Shown one piece after another: positions 1 to 11,227 of a stretch of DNA of 64,000 bases. The notes under the pieces are model-generated. The model had not been told where the DNA came from and searched no databases. It worked only from the letters and a program-made list of their open reading frames with translations. Each line of letters opens with the position of its first letter. Positions within the stretch are counted from its first letter, which is position 1. The position numbers and the translations under genes are program-made. The DNA is from Rhodospirillales bacterium (GTDB taxonomy: Bacteria > Pseudomonadota > Alphaproteobacteria > Bin95), in NCBI GenBank assembly GCA_038143065.1, contig JAYQLI010000035.1, positions 2,304,894-2,368,893 of the forward strand, read 5' to 3'.

Positions 1-225
1 CCTTGCGCATAGATGGCGATCTATACATACCCACGTTTCGCTGTTTAGGGGTGTGCCACAGAGGAGCTTTCCTCGAGATTAAGCTGTTGCAAGGTTGTTC
101 TGCTTAGGCCAACCTCCTTCCTCAATCGCAGCTAAACAGATGGTAAATATAACATCTTTTAGTTAGCTTTGAACGGTTATGACGGTCATTTACGCAAAAA
201 CACAGCATCTCCATGTAGGGATTTT

Positions 226-1314
226 ATGAATATGAATTTTGACAATCCTAAGATTGCTATTGTTGGTGCTGGAGCAGTTGGCGCTTACGTAGGTGGGTAC
301 TTCTCAAAGGCGGGCCACGACGTCACCTTAATTGATGGTTGGCCAGCAAATGTCGACACCATTAACTCTCAAGGGCTCACCCTTACAGGCCTTACAGACC
401 CAGAGTGTTTTACCACTCCCGCGACGGCATTGCATGTGGCTGAGGTCCAGAGCCTCATGCGCGATCGACCCATCGATATCGCTTTTGTATGTATGAAGTC
501 GTACGACACAGTCTGGGCTACGGAGATGATAAAGGATTATCTCTCTCCTTCAGGGTTTGTGGTTTGTTTTCAGAATTGCATCAACGAGGAGACAATCGCA
601 CAAATCGTGGGTTGGGGCCGAGTGGTTGGTTGTATTGCTGCTAAAATTGCAGTCGAAATGACCGGGCCAGCTACAGTACGTCGGGGCGTTGCGCTTGGAG
701 GCAATAAGCACACGGTATTTCGGGTTGGAGAGCCTCATGGTCGAGAGACACCTCGTATCAAATTCGTGATGGAGATGCTTTCTCGGATTGATAGTGCCAG
801 AACAACGTCAAACTTGTGGGGAGAGCGTTGGTCCAAACTCTGCGCCAATGCGATGGGCAATGGCGTTTCGGCAGCGACGGGGTTTTCTTCAAACGAAGTC
901 GCTCGCGAGATACTGACTAGGCGTTTGCAAATCAAGCTTGCAGGCGAATCAATCGCTGTCGGCCAGGCACTAGGCTATTCACTTGAGGAAATTAACAAGC
1001 ATTCAGGCGATGAATGGGTAAAAGCTGCAGCAGGTGACGTGACTGCGTTGGAGGCCGTTGAGGAAAGCCGGATCGCCCAAACAAAGACCACTGCTGAAGG
1101 TTCGCGCCCCTCAATGGGGCAAGACATTCAGAAGGGCCGTAGGACAGAGATTGAACAGATCAATGGCTTTGTTGTTGAAAAGGCAAAGGAAGTTGGTTTA
1201 GAGGCTCCTGCCAACGCCTTCTTGGTAGAGGCTGTTAAACTGGTGGAGCGCGGCATCGAAGCTCCTAGCCTTGAACGGGTTAGGGCCGCGCCCCTCGGTG
1301 CAATTGCACCATAG
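226..1314 (+). CDS. Ketopantoate reductase (PanE/ApbA) family oxidoreductase
   Basis: GAGAVG Rossmann motif, CMKSYDT, QN motif, WSKLCANAMGN and SMGQDIQKGRRTEIEQING C-terminal signature. ATG 226 preferred over TTG 169. Confidence 0.85.
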   Translation: MNMNFDNPKIAIVGAGAVGAYVGGYFSKAGHDVTLIDGWPANVDTINSQGLTLTGLTDPECFTTPATALHVAEVQSLMRDRPIDIAFVCMKSYDTVWATEMIKDYLSPSGFVVCFQNCINEETIAQIVGWGRVVGCIAAKIAVEMTGPATVRRGVALGGNKHTVFRVGEPHGRETPRIKFVMEMLSRIDSARTTSNLWGERWSKLCANAMGNGVSAATGFSSNEVAREILTRRLQIKLAGESIAVGQALGYSLEEINKHSGDEWVKAAAGDVTALEAVEESRIAQTKTTAEGSRPSMGQDIQKGRRTEIEQINGFVVEKAKEVGLEAPANAFLVEAVKLVERGIEAPSLERVRAAPLGAIAP

Positions 1315-1582
1315 AAGCGACAACCCTGACCTGACCAAAGCGGTATAAGCTTCTAAAGCATGAACAAGAGGCCTCTAAGGCTTAGGTGCAGTACCTCTAA
1401 GTGCCGCTCGTTGGATATGTGAACGAAGCAATAACACCGAAAGTAGCCATAGCATCGCCAAGTCCAAGATCATCTGCCGGAAGTTGACCGGTTGTTTGTT
1501 CGACAGCAATAAATATGCTTGCCAAAGTCGCAGTGTCTCGCAATAGAGCCACCGCCGTATTTAACATTAAATAATTATTAGG

Positions 1583-2774
1583 TCATTTGCTGGCGTCGAT
1601 GATTTCGCCAAACAATACCCATTTTTCACCATCAAATTTTGAGAGTTGTTCCGCTTGGATTGGGTAAAAATCAGTTGCGCTGGTATTAACCGTAATTCCC
1701 GGCAAAACCATTGGCAGCTGCAGTCCTTGAATGTTCGCAGCACAGCCCATGATGCCTTTGCGTGTCATGTCCTTGCAGTTTTGTAGAGTATGATGCAGCA
1801 ATTTAGACGCATTATAACCATAGGCGTAGTTGATATCTGAGCGGTCAGCGTCAGGAAGTTCCGCGTCCATAAAGGCCGACCATTCCTTATATCCCGCTGT
1901 ATCTTTCCACTGAGGGTCAGTTGGGTCCCTCTGATACTGAGCAGTAATAATTTCCTTTGAGCAATCAAAGCCGGCGGGCTTTGATACGGAGCCCACTGAC
2001 GACGAAACATTGTTTAAAAGATGCAGAGGCTTCCAACCAATTTCACAAGATTTCCGAATGGCTTGTGCTGCAAATTTTGGGATCGTTATGTTGAAAAAGA
2101 CATTCGCTCCAGCATCTTTCATTGCTAGAATCTGGCTATCAACAGTCGGGTCCGTCACCTCGTAAGGTAGCATCGAGATTACTAAATCCTTCTTGTCGCC
2201 AAGGCCTCTAAGGAAGCCATCTCGATAATCCTTTCCGTAATCATCATTTTGGAAAAGAATAGCAATTTTGGGATCTTTCACGTTCTCAAGGACAAATTTG
2301 GCGTATATTTCGCCCTCAACATCGTAGGTAGGCTGAAAGCCCATGGTCCATGGGAATTTTTTGGTTGCCCCCATTTCGAGGCTCCCGTCGCCACAAACAA
2401 ATGTGGCGTTTTCTTTTGGTTCATATATTTGTGAATGGCGGAATTAGTTGGAGTTCCCAATGTCTGAAATAGGAAAGCAACTTTCTCTTGCTCTACTAAT
2501 TTGCGTGCCTGTTGAACTGTTCGAGGGGGCTGTATCCATCATCAAGAGAAATAAACTCAATTGTTCTTCCATTAATTCCGCCCTGACGGTTTAACATCTT
2601 CATATAGGCATTAATGGTTTTGCCAATGGCGCTGTAGGCCGAAGCCGGACCTGAGTAAGGATTAGTATTTCCGATCTTGATCGAAGTATCAGTGATGCCC
2701 GTAGTATCGGCCAAAGCTGGGCTATATGTCAGCGCAGCAATCCCTGTTGCGAGCAAGACGCGTTTGATAGACAT
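1583..2774 (-). CDS. Branched-chain amino acid (Liv-type) ABC transporter substrate-binding protein, split by 2 frameshifts
   Basis: Signal peptide MSIKRVLLATGIAALTYSPALA, then IKIGNTNPYSGPASAY, GGINGR, GTPTNSAI, FQNDDYGKDY. ORF pieces 2496-2828, 2278-2460 and 1583-2374 join at G and T runs. Confidence 0.88.
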
Positions 2775-2832
2775 AGAACTTTTTCTCCCTTTATGGCGCC
2801 AACATTCACTGTTAGCGCGTTCATGCATTGGG

Positions 2833-3806
2833 TTAGCGTTTTAGACGTGCCCACCCCCGTTCAATTGCGCCCCAGATACCGAAAGGTGCAAAATACATCA
2901 TCAGAATAAGTAAAATACCGAATGTGACCCAAGGAGGCGGTATTACCTCAGAAAGATTGGAAAATTCTTCCGCGTACTCCTGACCAAAGACATAAAAAAG
3001 TCCGCCTAGAAGTGCGCCTGGTATCGAAACGATACCCCCAACAACAGAACCTACAAGCAAATAAACTGCGATAAAGAAATTAAAAGTGTCAGGAGAAACA
3101 AAGGAGTTTGCTAATGCAAAAAAGGCTCCCCAACTCCTGCTAGCATTGCACTGATTCCAAACGTGGTCGGTTTATACAAAGCTAAATTAATGCCCATTGT
3201 ACGTGCTGCGATAGGATTATCACGAATTGCCATAATTGCGCGGCCAGAACGACTGTGAAGGAGCATCCAGGCACCAACCATTAACACCGCAAACACGAGC
3301 CAAGTCACCAGATAGAGCGAATGATCGACGCTGAGACTTGAAAAAATTGGGTCTGGTTTATCAAAAAACAGCCCTTGAACACCGCCAGTCCAATGTTCCA
3401 GAGCATCCACCTTAAGAATTTGGGGGGTGGCAACGGCGAGTGCAAAGGTTGCAAGTGCAAGATACAGACCTTCCAGGCGAAGAGCCGGAAATCCGAATAA
3501 AAAGCCCATTGAAAATGTGACCGCCGCTGCAATGGGTAGGGTTGCATATGGGTGCCATCCGGCGAACGTGATCAGTATTGCAGAAACATAGGCTCCAGCA
3601 GCGAAGAAAGCGCTGTGGCCAATGGAAAATTGACCATTATAACCAGTTAAAATATTCAGCCCCAGAATAGCAATTCCATAGGCTAAAGCTGTTGTGACCT
3701 GATAAGCAGTGTATTCTGATGTTACAAACATCAAGACAATGCCGACGAGAACAAGCATCGCAAAACTAACTAAAAGCTTTCCAGTTATGGGATTTGGGCG
3801 GTCCAT
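2833..3806 (-). CDS. livM: Branched-chain amino acid ABC transporter permease (LivM-like), frameshift near 3120
   Basis: GLNILTGYNGQFSIGHSAFF, LRLEGLYLALAT, SRSGRAIMAIRDNPIAA. C-terminal piece VVGGIVSIPGALLG...APFGIWG. Confidence 0.85.
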
Positions 3807-3809
3807 TTT

Positions 3810-4682
3810 TTAAACCCGCTTAATAATTACTCGGCCAAATAGGCCGGCTGGCTTGAACATTAGCACTCCAACAATCAAAATTAGAGCGAAGGTTAGGCCA
3901 AGTTCACTTCCACCCGGCACATATTGTCTTGCCCAATTTTCCAATACGCCAACCATTAGTCCACCTGCTACAGCGCCTCCGGGACTATTTACACCCCCTA
4001 AAAGCGCTCCGGCGAAGCCATAGAGCAGCACTCCAGACATCATATTGGGCTCCAGGAAGACTATTGGCGCTACAAGTACACCGCCAACTGCGCCTATGGC
4101 TGATGCAAGACCCCATCCAAGTGCTAGCATCCACCCGACAGAGACACCCACTAGCCTTGCCGAATCGGGGTTTGCCGCTGCTGCGCGCATAGCAAGCCCA
4201 ACTTTCGTAAATTTAAAAAAGCAGAAGGTTATACCTAGAATGAGCAGCGTAAACAGAATAACGCCTAGATTGTGAGTACTGATTAAGGTTGAGTCTATTC
4301 CATTCTTTGGAAACAGACTTGGTAGGGTCTTCGTCGTGTGCTCCCAAAACCAGCCAGCTAGGTTATTGAAAATCATTAAAAGACCAATAAAGACAATGAT
4401 CTGGTTAAAAATTGGTGCATTTTCTACGGGCTTGACGATAACCTCTCAATGATGATCCCTGCGATGAATGAGAGTGCGACTGCGATCAGAAAGGATAGCC
4501 AGATGGAGCCTGTAACTTGGTAAAGAGCCCAAGCCACGAAGGTTGAAAACATCGCCATTTCGCCTTGGGCGAAATTGAAGTGATCTGTGGCCTGGATAGA
4601 TCATAACAACAGCTAATGCGACACAAGCATAGACTGAACCAATAGCAAGGCCGGCAAGGGTGAGTTGAAGGAATAAGTCCAT
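3810..4682 (-). CDS. livH: Branched-chain amino acid ABC transporter permease (LivH-like), frameshifted
   Basis: GLAIGSVYACVALAVVMIY N-terminus, TKVGLAMRAAAANPDSARLVGV, ALLGGVNSPGGA, KPAGLFG. Confidence 0.85.
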
Positions 4683-4685
4683 GTC

Positions 4686-5395
4686 TCAGTACCCCAGATA
4701 AACCTTGCGGACGTTCTCGTCGTTTCGAAGAACTTCGCTCTCACCGGACATGACGACATAGCCGGTCTCTAGAAGATAGGCTTGGTCAGCTAAGTTGAGT
4801 GCGATGTTGGCATTCTGCTCCACCAGCAACATGGAGGCTTTCTCTTGGTCGCGGATACGCGCCATGATTTCGTAGATTTCTTGAACGATGAGGGGCGCTA
4901 GACCGAAGGAGGGTTCGTCGAGAAGCATAAGGCGGGGGCGTAGCATCAGAGCACGGCCGATGGCTAGCATTTGTTGTTCGCCGCCGGAAAGGGTACCTGC
5001 CTGCTGCTGCCGTCTTTCCATCAAACGCGGGAAATAGGCGTAAACTCTATCAATATCGTTTGCTACATCATTTTTGTTTTTACGGGTGTAAGCGCCCAGA
5101 TGCAGGTTTTCTCAACAGATTGGCGGACAAATGTGCCTCTGCCCTCTGGAACGTGTGCAATGCCTAGTGCAGCCACTTTTTCAGTAGAAAGGCCTGTTAT
5201 GTCCTGACCCTCGAACTTAATCTCGCCTTCAGTCCTTACCATTCGGGAGATAGAGCGAAGTGTGGTTGTCTTGCCCGCACCGTTGGCCCCCAGAATTGTG
5301 GTGATTGAGCCTTCCTCAAGCTCAAAATCGACCCCATAGAGAGCCTGGGTCTGTCGGTAGAAGGCCTTGAGGCCCTTAACCTCTAGCAGCTTCAT
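4686..5395 (-). CDS. livF: ABC transporter ATP-binding protein (LivF-like), frameshift near 5105
   Basis: Walker A GANGAGKTT, HVPEGRG, LSGGEQQMLAIGRALM, LLDEPSFGLAP, LVEQN. Confidence 0.9.
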
Positions 5396-6158
5396 TCGTC
5401 GTCCCCAGATAGGCTTCAATAACTTTTGGGTCCTGCTGAACCTCTTCTGGTGTGCCGTCTGCAATTTTCCGACCAAAGTCTATTGCGACAACTTTGTCTG
5501 AGGTCTGCATAACAAGGCTCATATGATGTTCAACGAGTAGAACGGTAGCTCCTCTACCATCGCGAATTTGGCGGATCTGATTTTTTAGATGGTCGAGCTC
5601 TTCATGGTTTAGGCCTCCTGCTGGTTCATCCAATAAAAGCAATTCGGGTTTGGCCGCCAGGGCACGAGCCATCTCTACCCTTTTCTGGTCCCCAAATGGT
5701 AAGCTGCCGACCCGTTCATGAGCTAGGGAGCTAAGTCCCATAAATTCGATTAGTTCCATAGCGCGATTTCGTAACAACCGTTCCTCGTTACCAACGCCGG
5801 GTGATCGGAAAATGTTGCCAATGAAACTTGAATGCGTTCGACTGTGACCGCCGATCATGACGTTGTTTAATACCGATAAGCTAGGAAACAGCGCCAGGTT
5901 TTGGAACGTACGTCCAATTCCGAGTTCCGCAATACGACTAGCTGGTTCTGATAGAATCGACTGACCTTTAAAACGGATATCGCCTTCATTGGGGGTGTAA
6001 AGGCGTGATAGGCAGTTGAATAGTGTTGTTTTGCCAGCGCCGTTTGGACCAATAAGGCCGATGATTTCACCTTGGCCGATTTCAAATGTCACTCCGTCTA
6101 GGGCAATAATGCCTCCAAAACGAACGCTCACGTCCTTCACTTCAAGCAAGGCAGCCAT
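5376..6158 (-). CDS. livG: ABC transporter ATP-binding protein (LivG-like)
   Basis: GPNGAGKTT, GIGRTFQN, LLLDEPAGGLN, VEHHM, VIEAYLG. The true stop is probably about 5392 if one G is missing in the run near 5404. Confidence 0.9.
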   Translation of the reverse strand: MAALLEVKDVSVRFGGIIALDGVTFEIGQGEIIGLIGPNGAGKTTLFNCLSRLYTPNEGDIRFKGQSILSEPASRIAELGIGRTFQNLALFPSLSVLNNVMIGGHSRTHSSFIGNIFRSPGVGNEERLLRNRAMELIEFMGLSSLAHERVGSLPFGDQKRVEMARALAAKPELLLLDEPAGGLNHEELDHLKNQIRQIRDGRGATVLLVEHHMSLVMQTSDKVVAIDFGRKIADGTPEEVQQDPKVIEAYLGTTNEAARG

Positions 6159-6380
6159 TTTTGAAACCTTCTGGGGAGTGCATCAAAAGACATGTGGCAC
6201 TCAATTTACTCTCTCCCTGATCTTTAGCCTGCTCTTATTAGGCAGTTTTTGGATCACACTTATCCTGAGATTCTATTGAAATAGCGATAAGTACAAGAAG
6301 AACTTTAACTCTTTTTCCCTTTTGCGTTAGTAGGGACAAGCTAGTGGGATTATATTTTGGCGGAGGCCTGATTCGGCCAG

Positions 6381-7133
6381 TCAATTGAGCAATAGTGAAG
6401 AAAGCGTTGATCCGCTCTGGCGTATGTTCGTTTGGCGCAATCCCAGAATTTGACTCTCTGCAATTACTGGACCAGGCTCAGTGAGTAGGCCTGATTGGGG
6501 GTATTGAGAATCCCAAACTGACCTGGACCGCAAAACATATTGCGGTTCAGAAAATGCTTCATCAAACCAGTTAGGGGCAAGATTTAGGGCGGTTGCATAG
6601 ATAGGCAGTAAATTCTTCGCAAGGCCCTCTATTGCGGCCATGTAGGCCACCATTGTCTCCCGAAAAAATGCCAACTCTTTTGGATTGGGCCATTGGTTCA
6701 TTGGACGAAAACGTTTTTTTGCTATGATATCTGGGTGGTCTGCGGCCAGGTCTCGCTTCAAAAAAACGCTTCAACTAAGTTGGGTTGAGGCTTCACGCCA
6801 GCTACAGGAGTGGCCCTGGTAATGGATCCCTTTACTGGCATGTAGCCGACATTGTCAGCATTGGCTTTCAAGGCGAGTTTTTTCCAAAGGCTGGGCGTGG
6901 AATAGAGCGGTTTGCTCAAACACAGCATAAATTAGGCCTTGGTCTAAGCCATGACCTGTTAGCACATAAAAACCTACATTTTCTTGGGCGTGACGCATGG
7001 CGGCGCCAGCTGTTTTAAGGGCGCCAGGTCGCTCGTTAAAAACATCAGAAACGTCGATTACCAGAACTTCCTCTCCGCGTTCAGGCTTTTCTGAAGGAGC
7101 TTCGGCAAGAGTATTCACAGCATCTTGTATCAC
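6381..7133 (-). pseudogene. Isopenicillin N synthase-like 2OG-Fe(II) oxygenase, frameshifted and C-terminally truncated
   Basis: DIOX_N features: VIDVS, VGFYVLTGHG, FHAQPLEK, NQWP, FRETMVAY, ALNLAPNWFDEAF. Similarity stops after QYVLR and no HxD...H triad was found downstream. Confidence 0.65.
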
Positions 7134-7143
7134 TGCTTTCCTC

Positions 7144-8006
7144 TCACGCGGGAGTTGTGCCTCGCAAGCAGGTGCGGTGCAGTATGCGAGGGTGCAAAGA
7201 GGCATCAAAATTTGGGTCAGCTCGATGCAGGAGGCAACGATTGTCCCACATCAATACGTCTCCGTTTTGCCAAGTGTGGCGGTGGCAGAATTTCTGTTGA
7301 GTAGCGTGTTCTTCAAGAGCGATGATTTTTGCGCGGCCTTCTTCCAATGGCCTACCTTCGATATGAGAAGCGTGCATACCCATAAAAGAGCTTTTCGTCC
7401 TGTCTCAGGGTGAAAGCGAGCTAAAGGCCAAGCATTGGTCGGGGCATCCCTTTTTTCTTCCTCATTCATAACCCGTCCTATATTTTCTCGGCTGAGCTCC
7501 CAGCTATGGACAACTTTGACGTCATCTAAAGCTTCTTTTTCGCTTTTTGATAATGCCTCATACGCCGCATACATATTTGCGAAGCAAGTATCGCCGCCGT
7601 TGGGTGGCAGGACTTGAGCATGTAGAATGGTTGCCATTGAGGGTAGGGGCCTGAATGATTTATCCGTGTGCCACATGTCAGAATTAACTTTACCCGTTGG
7701 TTTTCCGTCAGGACCTAAATTCGAAACCACATGAACTAGCGGTTCATCCTCTTGGCCTCGATTTCTAAGTGTATGACGCTCTAGTTCGCCAAATTGTTTT
7801 GAAAACTCCACCTGCTCGTGTTTGGTGAGCTTCTGATCTCTGAAAACGAGTAACTGATGCTTGAGAAAGCTTTCATAGATTGTGGCTTGTGTTTCTTTAC
7901 TAAGTGGTTTTGATAAATCAATTCCACGCACCTCTGCTCCTAGTGGTGCTTTTGAGAAGGGACGGATGTCGAGATCAATTTTAGTCTCGTTGGCTTGAGT
8001 AGACAT
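7144..8006 (-). CDS. TauD/TfdA family 2-oxoglutarate-dependent dioxygenase, frameshift near 7385
   Basis: LGAEVRGIDL, WHTDKSF, GGDTCFANMYAAY, HPETGRKAL, WQNGDVLMWDNRCLLHRA. Confidence 0.9.
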
Positions 8007-8082
8007 AAGGTCTTTCTCTTTTTTGTTCGCATCTAGGTACGAATGGTTGGTCAACCTGCGATTAGACACAAGCAGACTTTCA

Positions 8083-9021
8083 TTATCCTGCTAACCAAAC
8101 AGCGACCGGAATGCTTACGATGCTAATTCCAGTCGATAGAACGATAGCAGCGCTTGCTCGACGCGAGTAAGCGTCATACCGACTGGCAAGAAGAAAAGGA
8201 TTAACTGCACATGGTAAAGCAGCCATCATCGTTACAATGATTACGGTTTCTAGCGGCATCTGGAATACAAATGTTGCTAAAAGCCAAGCAAGTGTGGGAT
8301 TTAACACGAGTTTTAACGCGCTAATGGTTCCCGCCTCAGCGAGGTCTCCAGCAACTTTAAAGCCGGCAAGAGTAGCACCAAGCGCAAAAAGAGCAGTGGG
8401 TGCAGCAGCAGCGGCACCGGTATCAATGAATCGCTCTGCAATCGGGTGTACTTCAAGGCCTGTAAGTCCAAAACAAATACCGGCGGCCATTGCGAGAATG
8501 ACAGGGGTTTTTAAAATTCCAAGAAGTGTTTCCTTAGCTAAGTCAATTGGTGATGATGCGTTCCCAAGCCTGGCTTCTATGAGAAATGTCGATAATCCAT
8601 AATAAAGTGGAGCTGAGCATGCGATGATTCCTGTTGCAACTGCCAGTCCCGGCGTACCAAAGAAAATCTCTGCCAAAGGAATGCCCATCATAACAGAATT
8701 GCCGTAAGCCGAGGTCATAGCTGCCAAAGGAGGCTCTGCACCCTTGCCCCCAAACATTCTCCAGTTTGCGGAAAATGCGAAAATGTAGATAGCAGCGGAA
8801 GCTACGAAATAAGCGGCGAGTACTCCAGCTTCGAACCCTTCGCCTCCACTTGCTCCAAGCTTTGAACCTCCTCGAAACAGTAGAAGAGGTATAGCAAACC
8901 AAAATACGTAGGCGGTGAGGCCCTTTACTTTTATTTCATCGAATAGCGCTGATTTCCCGAGTGCGAAGCCGCCTATAACAAACCCAAATACGGGTAAGGC
9001 TACGCTAAATATCTCAACCAA
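8083..9021 (-). CDS. AEC (auxin efflux carrier) family transporter
   Basis: About 10 hydrophobic helices, VFWFAIPLLLF, GNSVMMGIPL, KLVLNP, AALPCAVN. Confidence 0.85.
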   Translation of the reverse strand: MVEIFSVALPVFGFVIGGFALGKSALFDEIKVKGLTAYVFWFAIPLLLFRGGSKLGASGGEGFEAGVLAAYFVASAAIYIFAFSANWRMFGGKGAEPPLAAMTSAYGNSVMMGIPLAEIFFGTPGLAVATGIIACSAPLYYGLSTFLIEARLGNASSPIDLAKETLLGILKTPVILAMAAGICFGLTGLEVHPIAERFIDTGAAAAAPTALFALGATLAGFKVAGDLAEAGTISALKLVLNPTLAWLLATFVFQMPLETVIIVTMMAALPCAVNPFLLASRYDAYSRRASAAIVLSTGISIVSIPVAVWLAG

Positions 9022-9025
9022 TTTT

Positions 9026-9757
9026 TCAGAACCGAATTTCTGGAGATTCCTTTTCCAAGGTTCGTTTTATTGCCTGGAAGTGTCCTGCTCGCTGGACGCC
9101 ATTGTCCTCGGCAATTTGACGAGCAGTTTCTTCTACTACTGCTTCGGGTATCTTACGAAAGGGAAGGCCCTGCGACCTTGCTAAAGCCTGTACCTGACAG
9201 GCCTCGTTCAAGATAGTACAGGTCATCAAAAGCGCTTGGCAGGTCTTGGCCACACACAACAACCCCATGATGAGCTAAAAAACCAATATCTTTGCCTTGC
9301 ATCGCAGCTGTGATGCGATCTCCTTCCTCAGATGAAAATGCTACGCCACCATAACTATCGTCATAGGCAATACGGTTGTGGAACCGCAATGCATTCTGTT
9401 CAACCATCTCCAAACGGCAGTTTTCGAGCAAGGTAAAGGAGGTGGCGAAGGGCATATGAGTATGCAGAACAGCCCCAGCATTTGGATGCTTCAGGTGGAG
9501 CCGTGAATGAATAAAGAATGCTGTTTCTTCAACCTTGTGTTTTCCTCTAACACCTCGCCGTCATGACGGCAAAGTACGATATCGCTGGCCTGTATTTCAC
9601 TCCAATGAAGGCCTTGAGGGTTAACCAGAAAAGTCTCGCCTGATTCATCGACAGCCAGACTAAAGTGGTTGCAAATTCCTTCACTTAAACCGAGGCGGTC
9701 CGCCCAGCGAAGAGCGCAGGCGAGATCAACTTTATGTTCGTGGAGATCATTACGCAT
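9026..9757 (-). CDS. Class II aldolase/adducin family protein, split by frameshifts
   Basis: DLACALRWA, EGICNHFS, FLVNPQGLHWSEI, VLHTHMPFAT, FLAHHGVVVCG, AFDDLYYLER spread over three ORF pieces. Confidence 0.85.
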
Positions 9758-9853
9758 TATGTTGCCCTTATTTGGTGTTAAGTGAGCACGAGCATAGCCC
9801 GATAGAGCTCTTGCTACTATATAGCAAGAAGATGTCATTTGGAGTTTGATGTA

Positions 9854-10258
9854 ATGACTAAAAAAATTGTTAAGACTGAAGACGAGTGGCGCGCACAGCT
9901 TTCTGCAGAAGAATATCATGTTACGCGTGAACATGGGACCGAGCGCGCATTCACTGGTCGATATCACGATGAAAAGCGCCATGGTCGGTATGACTGCATT
10001 TGTTGTGGGCAGCCGCTATTTGCTAGCGAAACCAAGTATGACAGTGGTACTGGCTGGCCCAGCTATTGGGCGCCAATTGATGATGAGGCTGTCATAACGA
10101 AGAGTGATCGGTCCTGGTTTATGGTGCGAACCGAAGTCCTCTGTAGCAAATGCGATGCCCATCTCGGCCACGTTTTCCCAGATGGCCCTGCTCCGACTGG
10201 CCAACGCTTTTGCATGAACTCTGCATCGCTAAAGTTTGAGCCGTTTAGTGACGATTAA
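9854..10258 (+). CDS. msrB: Peptide-methionine (R)-S-oxide reductase
   Basis: GTERAFTG, CxxC pairs, [27 protein letters not shown]. Confidence 0.97.
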   Translation: MTKKIVKTEDEWRAQLSAEEYHVTREHGTERAFTGRYHDEKRHGRYDCICCGQPLFASETKYDSGTGWPSYWAPIDDEAVITKSDRSWFMVRTEVLCSKCDAHLGHVFPDGPAPTGQRFCMNSASLKFEPFSDD

Positions 10259-10466
10259 TAATACTGGATCGCGCCCAAGGTTTCGCTCCCTTGCGGCTCT
10301 ATGCATCTTACTGATTGGTTTGGGGTTGTATGCGGCCCTTGTCACCTCAGTTTTTGATTGGTTGCCAGACCATCTGTTTTTACAGACCTTGTTTATCGCT
10401 TTTTCAGGTCTGGCGTGGGTCTGGCCTGCTATTAAGTTGACTGGCTGGGCTCAAAGGCGCGATTAA
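10236..10466 (+). CDS. Small membrane protein, DUF2842-like
   Basis: Two TM helices with GLAWVWP motif, directly after msrB. Start uncertain (possibly GTG 10248). Confidence 0.6.
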   Translation: MSRLVTINNTGSRPRFRSLAALCILLIGLGLYAALVTSVFDWLPDHLFLQTLFIAFSGLAWVWPAIKLTGWAQRRD

Positions 10467-11227
10467 ATTTTTCTTAAAAGCTTAGCAATGATCATGCGTA
10501 AGGTGCGATTTGGGTCTGGCGCTTGCATTGTTGGCGAGGTGTAATCAAACCCAGCTCTTTTAGCGCGCTTTGCATAAGCATTAACCAAGATTGCTGGAGC
10601 CATTGCTGCACGGTAACCGGTTGGCGCCGTTTTTGCCCCTAAAGTAATTCCACGTTCGATAATCAGCTTCAGATTTTGTTCAATTGGCTCAGGTAGCCAG
10701 GGACGACCGCGAGCTGAATTAATTAATTCTGATCTGGCAATGCCTATTAGCGCATAACCAGTTCCTACATCTTCTGCTAACTTTTCAACGGGAGTGTTTC
10801 GCCAAAGTTCAGCATGAAGAGCGCCACCGGTTGCTCTTGCGTAATTTTCCAGCTCGTCAATACTTTGTACTGGTGCAGGATTAATATCGCGTTCGCGGGC
10901 ATCGATGATGTTTTGGAGGCGATCGGTATCGACTATGCCAGCACCGTGAGCAAAAGCCAGTTCTTCTATAACCGGATGATGTCGTGGACGGCCTTCTTTG
11001 ATTTCATTCAAAGCATCGCGGTGCCATTGAAGACGAATTAGACCGAGGGTTTGCTCTCTGGAATATGGGCGCACTCGTGATAGTTCTAGGTTCCATGCCG
11101 CCAATGCAATGGCATATCTGCGAATCTGTCGCGGCTGAAAAAGAGCAATTAGATAACGGTCTGCATCTAAAGTGCGGAGCTCGTCAGCGCAAAATTTTTG
11201 ATTAGAGATTTGTCGCGAAACGTTCAT
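10463..11227 (-). CDS. Squalene/phytoene synthase family protein (NDUFAF6-like, lacks DDxxD)
   Basis: DADRYLIALF, AWNLELSRV, GLIRLQWHRDAL, HHPVIEEL, ELENYARATGG. Confidence 0.75.
   Translation of the reverse strand: MNVSRQISNQKFCADELRTLDADRYLIALFQPRQIRRYAIALAAWNLELSRVRPYSREQTLGLIRLQWHRDALNEIKEGRPRHHPVIEELAFAHGAGIVDTDRLQNIIDARERDINPAPVQSIDELENYARATGGALHAELWRNTPVEKLAEDVGTGYALIGIARSELINSARGRPWLPEPIEQNLKLIIERGITLGAKTAPTGYRAAMAPAILVNAYAKRAKRAGFDYTSPTMQAPDPNRTLRMIIAKLLRKI

Noticed and set aside
1397-1567. Possible 56-aa minus-strand ORF (MLNTAVALLRD...) and short palindromes after panE
   Set aside because: No recognisable motif or SD, and too short to support without homology data.
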